A DNA stretch of 35,018 nt from Vicugna vicugna (Eukaryota): assembly GCA_013265495.1 (NCBI GenBank), contig MU057477.1, forward strand, positions 185,652 through 220,669, in the 5' to 3' direction. A program made the translations under genes and the position numbers. The notes under the pieces were generated by a model, which did not search any database, was not told where the DNA came from, and saw only the letters and a list, made by a program, of their open reading frames with translations. Positions 1-11,100 of the stretch are shown in pieces (the stretch's first letter is position 1; every line of letters starts with the position of its first letter).

Positions 1-597
1 TGTTCACCCTCACCCATGGGAATACGGAGTTCCTTTGATAGTATTTCTAAAGTTCTTTCTAAAGGACTAAATTTCTAAAGTATTTCTAAGGACAGAGTTT
101 CTTTGATACTTTAAAGTCTTTTTTTCCCTCTGTTTTCCAGCCTCAGTATGTAACTTTCTTTCTCTTTTGGGTCTATTTGGGGTGGGTGGGTGGAGAACAG
201 GTCATATAAGGGAGCGTTCTTACCCCTGGTCTATTAGTTTTCTTGTTTAGGATCAGCCAAAACCCTTATAAAGTCTCAGATTGCCTGTGAATAAGAGTCT
301 ACTAGACTAGGTGAGGAGAGAACAGAGTTGTATTTGGGGTGAAGAGAAGGTAGTAGTGGACAGAGAGCAAAGGAGCGCTCCGCAGAAAAAAAGGATCTAA
401 TAGACCCTGGACGTGTCCCTCCCTCTCCTGAGCTCAGCCACCATGCGAGGCTGGTGCCCCAAACCCACCATCATGTCAGAAGGAGCCCCTACCTTGTCCT
501 GACCATGTCTGAAGGGCAGGGAAGATATCTATGATTCGTGAAGGATTAGTAGGTGGTGTAGGGGCCGGAGAAGGCAGAAAATTACAGGACAAACCAG

Positions 598-629
598 ATG
601 AGTACCCACAAACCGAAGTTGAATTTGAA
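598..629 (+). CDS. TPTE2: Speculative first coding segment (MSTHKPKLNL...)
   Basis: ATG at 598 with an in-frame TAG upstream at 559, followed by a strong donor AA|GTGAGT in phase 2 that fits the downstream exons. Kozak context is weak and I recognise no homology. Confidence 0.25.
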
Positions 630-903
630 GTGAGTTGACTCACAAAATGGTATTACACTTGGACATTAGGTTCAGGAATGAAGAAATGTACATACATTTA
701 AGTTTTTTCACAGGACTAAGATTTCATTGCAAATATGGAAAGTTCATTTCTAAAGAAAAATGAAATACCAGGCTTCAAAGAATGGATTAAAATGTTACTT
801 TTAGGGCAGCTGGATTATAAACTGCAGAGTAGTATTGCTCATTTGCATTCAAGAATCTAGAAAGACATATGGAGCCTTACTATGTGTATTTTTAATCCTT
901 TGG

Positions 904-957
904 CGGTGACTTAAGTGAATTGAAAGAAGTAGTCTGTGCAAAAGACTCTAATGAAAG
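904..957 (+). CDS. TPTE2: Probable 54-nt N-terminal exon (GDLSELKEVVCAKDSNES) with a non-canonical acceptor
   Basis: Good donor AAG|GTGAGA. Length and phase (2-2) match the human 54-nt PHTSEFKG...SES exon as recalled. The T-rich tract ends in TGG rather than TAG; an in-frame AAG at 913-915 is an alternative. Confidence 0.6.
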
Positions 958-1567
958 GTGAGATATAAATATACAGAGGGAAGAAGGGGGAACACTGAGA
1001 TTTGTGAGATCAAATTAGTTATGGAGTTCTTGTCTCAGACAGTTATTTGAAAACTATCCACAGAGGGGAAAAAAAAAAAGATTCATAATACATGAAAAGT
1101 ATGGTGTTGCAGGGACCCAGGTTCCAAATAACTGACATATAATTTTTTTTGAGTGCAACCAGTTTGTAAATTTTACAGAAAATGTATCCAATTTCAACCA
1201 AAAAAGTGAAGTCATTTGGTTCTGAGTAAATTTTTGATCTTTCACACTGACCTGAATATATTATCAGAGGTCTTTGGCTCCTTTGATATATCTTACCTTT
1301 CAGGAATGGGGCCATCCAAGACTGCTGATACCATTTATTTGGGTCAGTAGTATCTATATATATTAATCTCTGTGTGTGTGTGTGTGGGTGTGTGTCTATA
1401 GAGATAGAGGGTGAGAAAGACAGAGACAGAGATACAGGCAGAGACAGAAAGACATAAGGAAAAACAGCGAGAAAATATTTGTAAAATTCAGTCTTGGAAG
1501 TACCCATGGGAATAATAGTTTTCTGGACAATGAGTCTAAAATTCTTCCTATAAAGTTAGATCTTCCA

Positions 1568-1884
1568 CAAATGAACTTAAATGTAACACAGAAACAGAGT
1601 CACAGTCATAGAAGACAAACTTGTGGTTGCCAGAGGGGAGGGGGGTGGGAAGGGGCAGACTGGGAGTTCGAGACTGGTAGATACTGACAGGTGCATGTGG
1701 AATAGATAGAGAAGTTTATACTGTGTAGCATGGGGAAATATATACAAGATCTTGTGGTAGCTCACAGGAGAAAAGAATATGGGGATGAATATATGTATAT
1801 ATCATGTATGACTGGAAAATTGTGCTGTATGTCAGAAGTTGACACAGCATTGTAGACTGACTATAACTCAATAAAAAAAAAATC
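1568..1884 (+). mobile_element. 5'-truncated L1 3' end with poly(A) and target-site duplication
   Basis: L1 3' UTR motifs and AATAAAAAAAA tail; AGATCTTCCA repeated at 1558-1567 and 1885-1894. Confidence 0.85.
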
Positions 1885-2017
1885 AGATCTTCCAGTGAGT
1901 TAAGCCATGTTTCCTATCCTTTAGATTCAGTGTTCTTTCTCTTCAAATAAGTTTTTCACATCACTTCCACGTAGCAAATCTCTAATGTTGTATTTTTGCA
2001 TTTGCTGGCTGTTAAAG

Positions 2018-2152
2018 TGGAGTGGAACAGCTCTCCAGTTTGGATGATGATGTTGAGGAACAGCTCTCCAGTTTGGATGATGGTGATGTTGAGGAACAGC
2101 TCTCCAATTTGAATAATGGTGATGAAGACACTAAATTTCTCAATTTATGCTG
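2018..2152 (+). CDS. TPTE2: Exon, acidic N-terminal repeat ([44 protein letters not shown])
   Basis: aag acceptor and TG|gtaagt donor; 135 nt, phase 2-2, open frame. Confidence 0.8.
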
Positions 2153-5100
2153 GTAAGTCAGTTTGAAGTTGGGAGGGAGGGAGCTGTTGATGGATTTCTT
2201 ATCTTTTCAAAGATGAAGCTTGTGTTGAGGCAAAAAGGAAAATGATGGGGAAGGTATCAAAATGTTTAGGAGGGAAGGTATACAGTAATAACTCTAATTA
2301 AATTTGCATGTAAGTACCATGCTTAGAAAAATATTTCCACGTGTTCACAAGTAAATGTTCTTCTAGTTTGAAATGTGAAAATATCCTTAGTAGATACGAA
2401 TTTTATTAAGTTTCTGTAACAAAAGGACTGCAGAATGCTACTTGTGCTTCAGTTGCATTTCTCATTTTTCTTGGATATATTCTGATTCCTAGTTTCGTTG
2501 ATTTTTGTCTATGAGCAAATGGGACTGATAGGAAAAGCAGACATGTTTTGCCTATTAAAGACCTCTTCGTGTCCACTGGGATTTTATTAATTTTGACTTG
2601 TTTCTGAGTACTCTCACAAGAGTGCTTCTTATTTCATTGATCTGAAGGCATTTTTGCCTGACTCTGCTCTCTTTAATCTGAGTTTACCCTGTAATCAAGG
2701 AGTATAGCCTTGTGTGTTATGCATAGTTTTAGGGGAATATCCAAAGAATCATCCCAGTGCCTTAGTGCTTTGAGTATGGCCACATGCCTTCCTTCACCAT
2801 CTGTGCAGAGAAAAGTATCCAATGGGAAAGATAGGACCTGCCCCCAATGCAGATCCTACCCCTGTTCAACATGGGCATTTACATACACTCTTTTTTAAAC
2901 ATTTCAGTTGTATGTTTATTTGGGGTTATTTTGGGAGATGCTGAAAGAGAGAAGAGAGGCTAAAGCTGCCCCAGGCTATGCCTTTGTACCCCAGACTCTG
3001 TAAGGCGTGATTCTGTAAGTTCACTTTGTCAAACAAGTTCTGATTTATTGTAGCATTTTTTTGCTACCCAGAGATCCAATAGTCCATCTGGGACCAGAAG
3101 GGGCTTGTATTAAGAGAACAGCAACCTCAAGAGAGGTTCACCTCTTGGCCAACCAGTCCCCCATCCACATCAGCCTCAGCTCCCTTAGCCTGGGCAGAGG
3201 TGGTGGTGCAGATGGAGAAGGGAGAAATTAGAGGGAATGGGGAGATTTTGTATCTCAGATTAGCCTACCAGCATTCATCAGTGGCCAGTTTTGGCAGGTG
3301 TCCCAGTTCTGTTCATCATCTATCCTCCTGCTCCAGTCTTGGACACAGTCTATGAGCATTGCTCTGGGATCAAATCCCACTGGAGGTGGAATTTAGGGCA
3401 CATGTTGGAGGCTTCAGCAGGACAAGAAATTGCTTCCCAGTGGCTACCTTATCCCCAGCCCTAGGGTGAAATGAAGCTTAACTGGAGGTACTATCAAACA
3501 GTCGCCCCCTCCTCCTAGTGGAAGGAACCCAGTCTCTAGGATGTTTCTCCTTTGAAATGTATCTTACTAAAATTCCTCACTTCCAAAGTGCACTTGCAAC
3601 CCCAGATGTGAGTCTCATGAATGTTTAATTGTTGTCTTCATGGGGTGTCTTATTTCAAGAGATGAATATTACAGGACAGGAGTATCATTTACTCTCTACC
3701 CATCCCTGAAGTCCCTTATTCTACTGCTGTCAAACAGCTCTGGCCATGATTTGATGGCTGGAACACAGATGTCACCTCCCACTCCCTTCATCTCCATGCT
3801 GCGTTGCTTTAGTTGATGACCCCAGGTTTAATGTTACCATAAAGTTGGGGCTGGGGCTTCACAAGCAAGGGAAATGTCACTAAAAATCCCAAGTTTAGTG
3901 TTTTATTCACATATATTTCAGCTAGGAAAGTTTTTTAAAAACTCATGAAGCCACAAGGTAAAAATATTAGTTATTAGTGAAAAGCATTTTGTTACGCAAC
4001 TTCCAAAGACTTTAAAAATGATATTTATAAGGGCCTTTGTTTATTGGTTAAATTCATATTGTATGTTAGGAAAAATCTGTGGTACACTTGAAAGCTCTGA
4101 AATTTTACTTTTACTTCTTTTCGTAGCGTCGTTATTAAAGGAATTGCGTACATGATTGTATCATCCTTCGCTTTCAGGTATGTGAGACTCTAGAAAAGGA
4201 GGTAATTAAGTATGTATTACAGTTAATATCAATATTTTTTAATGGCAGAGGATCTCGGAAGGGGAAAAAAAGAATTTCCATTGTCAGTATGTTGCTGAGT
4301 AGCCTTTGTGCTTTAGTTAATGCAACCCAATCTCTCTTGGAATTTTAATTTAAGCTGAATATTAAGAATTGCAAAGAAACGGCATTTACTTGAATCTATA
4401 TTTTTAATATGTTTTTCTACCTGTAAAAGTAATGAAGCATGCATTTCAAAATTCTGTAATTGTAAGGAAAGTGTTTTAGTACCTTATTCATCTAGGATTA
4501 CTCCTTAACTCTGGAAACATTCTGTTTAACCTTCTTCTCTATGTGATTGTAAGATTTCATACTGAGTTACAGATTCCCACAATATACTTACTTCCTTTTA
4601 AATGGGTATTATTTTAATTTGCATTGCAATTGCAAAAAGTGCTTTGAAGATTAACCTATCTTCATAGATTGTACAAATAATAAAATCAATTTATGGAGAA
4701 TGTGTTTAGAATATATAAGAGCAAGGCTTAGAAGGTACTTCTAGAAGGTACTCAATCATATGTATATATTTATGGAATTGAATTCTACTCATGTGTCCAG
4801 CACTGTGCCAGAAGCAAGCACTAATTTGTAATCGTGTACTTGTTGAAAATCTCACTGATAAGAAATCTTACTGGTCAAAGTGGTCTTTTAAGAGCTTATA
4901 TTAGTCATGCTTTCACTTGGTCTTCATTACTAAATTCTTTTAAAATATCAAGATGAGTGTGGTGTGAGACACGGAAGCAACCTGAATGTCCATCAACAGA
5001 TGAATGGATAAAGACGATGTATGTATGTATATGTGTGTGTGTGTGTATATACATATACACAAACATACATATACACATATATACACACACACACAATGAA

Positions 5101-8100
5101 ATATTACTCAGCCATAAAAATAAATAAAGCCCTTTGCAGCAACATGGATGGACCTAGAGATTATCACAGTAAGTGAAGTAAGTTAGACAGAGAAAGACAA
5201 ATATATGATAGCACTTACAGGTGGAATCTAAAAAAAAAGATGGATACAAATGAATTTATTTACAAACTGGAAATAGACTCACAGACATAGAAAACAAACT
5301 GTGGTTACCAAAGGGGAAAGGAGTAGGGGGAGGGATAAGTGAGGAGTTTGGCATTAACAGATACACACTACTATATATAAAACAGATAAATGACAAGGAC
5401 CTATGTTACAAGGGAACTATATTCATTACCTTGTAATAACCTATAATGGAAAGGAATCTGAAAAAGAACATATATATGTATATGTATAACTGAATCACTT
5501 TGCTCTACACCTGAAAATATCACAACATTGTAAATCAACTATAATTCAATTGAAAAGATTAGTGAGTTTAATTTATTATGAGAAATTGGTAGAAGGCCCT
5601 TATAAAATTCTCAAATTTTAAGAAGAGTTTACAGGTGGAGACAGTGATTTTAATTCAGTTTGCCTGTTCTATCTTGGAGTATTAGTCTGATGTATCTATT
5701 ATAAAAGGGCATGATAACATGAAGTGGTTTAATGGGAAAGTTATTTCCCTAACAACTGCATCTTTAGGTGAAAGTTGGGCAAGTTATTTTGAGACTCTAA
5801 GACAAAGCAGTTCTCTTTACTACTGAACAGTTTAATCTGAAATAATGACATTTTGGTATCAGGTCATTGGCCTATAGGTAGTCTAACTGTAGGGGTGAAA
5901 ACCACTGTCTTTATTCTGTTTATTTGTTCGTTGTAGAGTAACTGGAATTTTGCTGGTCTTTGTGGATGTGTCCGCCATCATTATGGACTTACTTCTCTCT
6001 AATAGCACAGTATATATTCCTGTGGAACACCATTTTGTTTCTTTAGCTGCTGCTGCGTATTTTTTCTTGGATGTTTCCCTTCGAGTGCTTGTAGAAGGGT
6101 AAGTGATCTTTTTTTTAAAAAAAAAACACACATAAAGCTATTTTGTACTGCTCTGGGAATTATCCCCAAGTCATTACCAGGCCAACCCAACCAAATATGT
6201 TCCAAGTTATCAAAATAATTCTCCTCGAAGGCATGGTCCCCAAGAGAAACAGCAATCTAAATCCCAATTTCTACTAGATCAGGCTTTAATATTATTGTTG
6301 CAACTGGCACTCTAGTTGCCAAACAGTGTGTTCTAGGTGGTTCCTTCAACAGGTGAATGCTAAAGCATTTGCAAAAATGGGGCCAGGCAGCTAATGTGTC
6401 CATATGCATATTATTTAGAGGAACCTGTGTGTGAAGTATAAGTATTAAGACTTTTATTAATAAATGAGCTGAAATAAAAGCTGACAGTACTAGGTAATAG
6501 ATCACGAACAAGCCCCTACCACAGTTAAAAGAAAAATTTGTGTTAAGGTCTGCAGGAGAGCTGACACACACTCCTCCTGCCAGGGAGGCTTGGTGCTGAG
6601 TCAGCAGCGGATTTTCTGGCTGTTGGCTTTCCGAGAAGGTGGGTGGAGGGAGCAAAGCCTTGTGCTGGACTGCTGTGAGTCAGGCACTAAATCCCCTAGG
6701 CTCACAGCAGCCAGAACACTTGAGAATGCGCTTGTCTCCTCTCTGGCTGAACCTCTATCCTCATGCCTCTGAGCTGAGGACAGTTGCCCACCCCCAGGTT
6801 ACTTACAGCCTGAAAGGAGCTACCCCAGGATTGGAAGAAGCTTCCCTAGGGGCCCCAGTGCCCATGGCTGAAGGAGCCAGCGGTGGGGAGAAGGCGCAGG
6901 GGCTGGAAGTTCCACTTTCCACAGCCCACTGGGATTCCACTGTGGGTGCAAAGCCAGAGGATGAGTTTGCAGGGCAAAATAATGGACCTCTCTCCCTCTC
7001 ACAAGCCCCTCTCGAGCACCCCTCACAGCCCCAGTTTCTCAAGGGCTGTGTCATGTTCAGCTTCCATTGTCCCGTCTTTCTCTCCCACCTATGTGAAGGC
7101 AGTGCTTGTCTCTTGTTCCAGTGGTTTGGTTAAATCTCTTATTGGTTATATACTTAAATCTCCAAACTGATGCTTTTGTATTATATAAGTATAAAATAAT
7201 GAGTATGAATATTTTTTCCCTTAGCCTAGTCTAGTAAACGCATTTTCAATCATTCATTGACGTAGAATTCTTAACGGGGTTGAGTCAAGTAATTTGTGCT
7301 CTTAAATATCCCTATCTATTATGTGGGGAAGCATAAACTTACTTTTCTTGCTGTTTTTTGTTGCAGGATCCTACCGTATTTTTCTGATGTATTTAACTTC
7401 TTAGACGCCGCCATTGTCTTGGTAACTCTGCTGCTTGAAGTTGTTTATAAAGCTTTTGGCTTTACGGCTCTTAAATATGTCCCCAAGTAAGAAACTTCGG
7501 ATTCACTGCTCTTACAGTTTCTTCTTCTTCTTCTTCTTCTTTTTTATTCTGCATTTTCCGTGCCTTTCTTTTTCTTTTCGTGTAATCTTTTAAACTCTGG
7601 ATGTGCTAATTCTTTGCCAGACAAGCTGCTTGAAAATGAAATGTTTAGATCAATTTCCACATACCTGGAAACGAAAGGATGGTGGTGTTGAGGGACCAGT
7701 GAAGGGTGTACCATTAGCTGAATGAAGAAGACAGAGCACCCAAAGAAGAAATTGGGGACTTGCCTCTTGTCTTAACTTTAACTTCTCTGCATTTTGAAGT
7801 TCCCACTTGAGTTTCAACTGCAAACTTCTTATACATGAAATTCCTGGGTCTTTCCTACAACCGAGAGTATGTGGTTTGATTTGTGCCAGTATAGCTCTTT
7901 TGGCGGTAGTGGTGGTGGTGTGGAGTTAATTAGGTTTATTTATTTATTTTAATGGAGGTACTGGGGATTGAGCCCAGGAACTCATGCATGCTAGGCATGC
8001 GCTCTACCACTGAGCTACACTATCCTCCAAGAGTATTTGGTTTGAGTCTCTGCAAAATTTGAGTGACTCCAATGATGATTCTCTAAAAAAGAACAGATGG

Positions 8101-11100
8101 AACAGAAAACCAGGTGACACGGAGGGCATCACAGAGGGAGAATTCTGCAGTACCCTTGAAATGAAGAAAACTGAGGCAGAGTTAGAACTGTTAGGGACCA
8201 GGAAACAAAAATGTGTATGAGAGACTGATGGCCTTGTTCTTTTCCCTCTTCTTTCTGCTATGGCATGAGGAACAGAAGAGCAAGCGTGCTGTGGGATGTA
8301 GATGTTGGGCGGCTCTCTAGGCTTATTCATTAGTCAAATAGCTTGCTGCTCTCTGCACTCCAGCTTCTCAGGACTTTAATTCGGGTCTCAGCAAAACTTG
8401 ACAGTGTTTGATAGGCTTTTGGAGTTAGAATAACGAGCCAGTATGGTCCTCAGACAGGCAGCCGCAGCATTGCTGAAGGCAAGAAGAAAAGCACCTCAGG
8501 GCCCACCCTAGACCTACTGAATCAGTATGCACACTCCAGTCAGAGAAGCACTGGTCCAAACCGTCAGTTCTCTGCCACTCAGTTTCTTCCTGATGGTAAG
8601 AGAGACACTTGGAAAGTACCTCAATCTCCTGCCTGCCTGTTGTGTGTTAACAGTTCTGGTGAGCCTCTATTACTCATGGGAATGACAAAGGTGAACAAGA
8701 ACTCTGTTTTGATGGGGAAAAGATTGAAAAATTCTCCTCTTAAGTTGCAAAAGTTAAATCCACAAATTCTGAGAGTCTATCATTGAACTATTTCTTTAGT
8801 CCAGAGTTTTTCAACCTCTCCGCACTACTGATACTTTGGACGAGCTTTTAGTAAGGGAGCTGCCCTGTGCATTGGTGTGGGGCAGCATCCCTGGCCTCTA
8901 CGCACTAGATGCTCGTAGCACCGCCTCACATACAGCTGTGATTCCCAAAAATGTCTCTGGACGCTGCCAAACATGCTCTGGGGTGGATGGATTAGGGGGT
9001 GGTGTGTGTGTGTGTGAAATTGCCCCTGGTTAAGAGCCACTGCTCTAGACTTAGAAACAGAGGATTTTGTCAACATGGACTAAAACAGAAACGGATCTTT
9101 TTCATTTATCGTTAGATTGACAGTTTTTACCCGACCTCTACGACTTTTCGTTCTGTTAAGAGCTGTTAATCTGGATCATCAAGAAAGACACCTTGAAGTG
9201 CTGACCAGAAGGATCGTAAGTGGACAAAAAATGTCAATGATGCAAAAAAATGTTTGTATTTTGGAAAATACTTGCAAGCATTGTAGATATCCATATATTC
9301 TTTTTTTTTTTTTTTTTACAAATTAATGATGCTTTAAACTCTCAGGTTTCAGAAAACAAACGGCGATACGAAAAGGATGGATTTGACTTGGACCTCACTT
9401 ATGTTACTGGTTTGTGAACTTTAACTGTTGATTTGCCTATATAAAGGTCACATTTTTCTTGTGTGTGAGTAATTATATGATTATTTTGTTCTTGTCCTGT
9501 CTAAGCCATATTCTTTCAAAACATTCTTTATCCTTGAAGACATACGCCACTCTGGTAGTGTGACATATTTGGGGTTTAACCCTGACAGTGGAAAATCTTA
9601 GTTGTCATCTAAAATCCAGCCTACTTGTTTATAGTACAGAAAGTTGGATGGATTTTCACCTGACTCCATTTGTTTGGCTTAGAATTTATTGAGTTCTAGT
9701 AGTTACCCTTGGTCCCAAGGATTTCAGAGAGACCTGTTCTTTAGAACCCCAGAGATGAGGTCATTGCTTTGTAGGTCTCAGGTTTCTGAGTCAGGAGCAC
9801 TGGAAAGCACCCTGGGAATTCCCAGCATTGCTGGAGCCCAGAGTTCTCATTTTATTTTGGTGTTTAAATAAGAAATAAATTCCTACCACAGGGGGGCGCT
9901 TCAGGCTAACGTCAACACAAATCTGTTGCGTAAGGCTTGGAACCAAGTGAGTCTTCAACACTATGTTGAGTTTAATGGTCATAATATTGGATACTTCAAC
10001 ATGTTATGTTGATTATCCTGAGGGTTAGTTAGCTTTTTTGTTGTCCTTCTCAATCCTGACAGTTCTTTCTATGAAAAAGGAGTCTGATTATATGTAAACT
10101 GAGTTCTCATATATTGTTTCACATCTATAACCTATAACATTCATAATAGTGACTGTTTTGACTTCCAGAACGTATTATTGCCATGTCATTCCCATCTTCT
10201 GGAAGGCAGTCTTTGTATAGGAATCCCATTAAGGTAAGGGGATTTATCCAAAAAATTCTCATATTTCTCAGTAAACATAGACTGTGGAGTCATAAGATAA
10301 TATTGGCCCAAAGATTGTAGTATTCTCCTAAAAACTTACTCTTTCAGGTAAAAAATTATCATGGGTTGATATCAATTAGCTTTTGCTGTGCTACAAACCA
10401 CTTCAAAACTTACATGATTTATATTAGCAATTGTTTACTTAGCTCATGATAATGTGGTTTGTGAATTTGAGTCGGGCTTAACTGGGTGGTTCTGCTGATC
10501 AGCGACTGGCTTTCAGCAAAGCCAACTCATGCATCTGTGGGCAGCTCCTGGACGTCTGAAGGTTGGCTAGTCTAAAACAGCATGACTGGATGTCTCCATG
10601 CGATGTCTCATTCTCCCAGGTGGCTAGCTTGGGCTTGTTCATGTAAGGCAGTGGCAAGGACCCCACGAGCAGCAAGCAAAAGAATGCAGAGCCCCTAAAT
10701 GCCCAGGCTCAAAACTAGGATAATGTGGCTTCTGCCTCATTCTATCAGACAAGGAAACAACAAATGCAGTCTAGATTAAAAAAGTAGAAAATGGATTTCA
10801 TCTCTGGCAGACAGGAATTGCAGCAAATTATGGCCATTTTTTGTGGTCCATCCTAGGGGAGAAGGATGAGAATTCTTTAACTAAAATGTGTATTCTTAGG
10901 TTTAGAGCCTAAATTACGGTGGAAGCATACTGCTTTAGATTCTGTAGGTTAAAGTTCAAACATTAAACAATGTTTACTATGAAATTCCAGTTTAAAGTCA
11001 TTGTTTAAGAAGTTTATGTGTGTGTGGGTGTGTATACAGTAGTGCACCTTCAGTCATTTTGCTCAGGTACGTCATTAAAGTAATATATTAATTTTTCCAG

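Noticed and set aside
27..112. Short degenerate TTTCTAA(A)G repeats, and other small duplications (4729-4751, 13951-13994)
   Set aside because: Ordinary slippage-scale repeats with no sign of function.
121..152. Strong pyrimidine tract and CAG at 138-140 followed 5 nt later by GTATGT (possible microexon)
   Set aside because: A 5-nt exon has no supporting homology and cannot be tested without transcripts.
1043..1507. 154-aa minus-strand ORF
   Set aside because: Kept open partly by (TG)/(GA) simple repeats; no recognisable homology.
2022..2126. Regularly spaced direct repeats resembling a CRISPR array
   Set aside because: No unique spacers; a head-to-tail coding repeat in a mammalian exon.
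6257..7170. Cluster of overlapping 60-164 aa ORFs on both strands
   Set aside because: GC-richer intronic sequence, mostly non-ATG starts, no recognisable domain or splice context; expected by chance.
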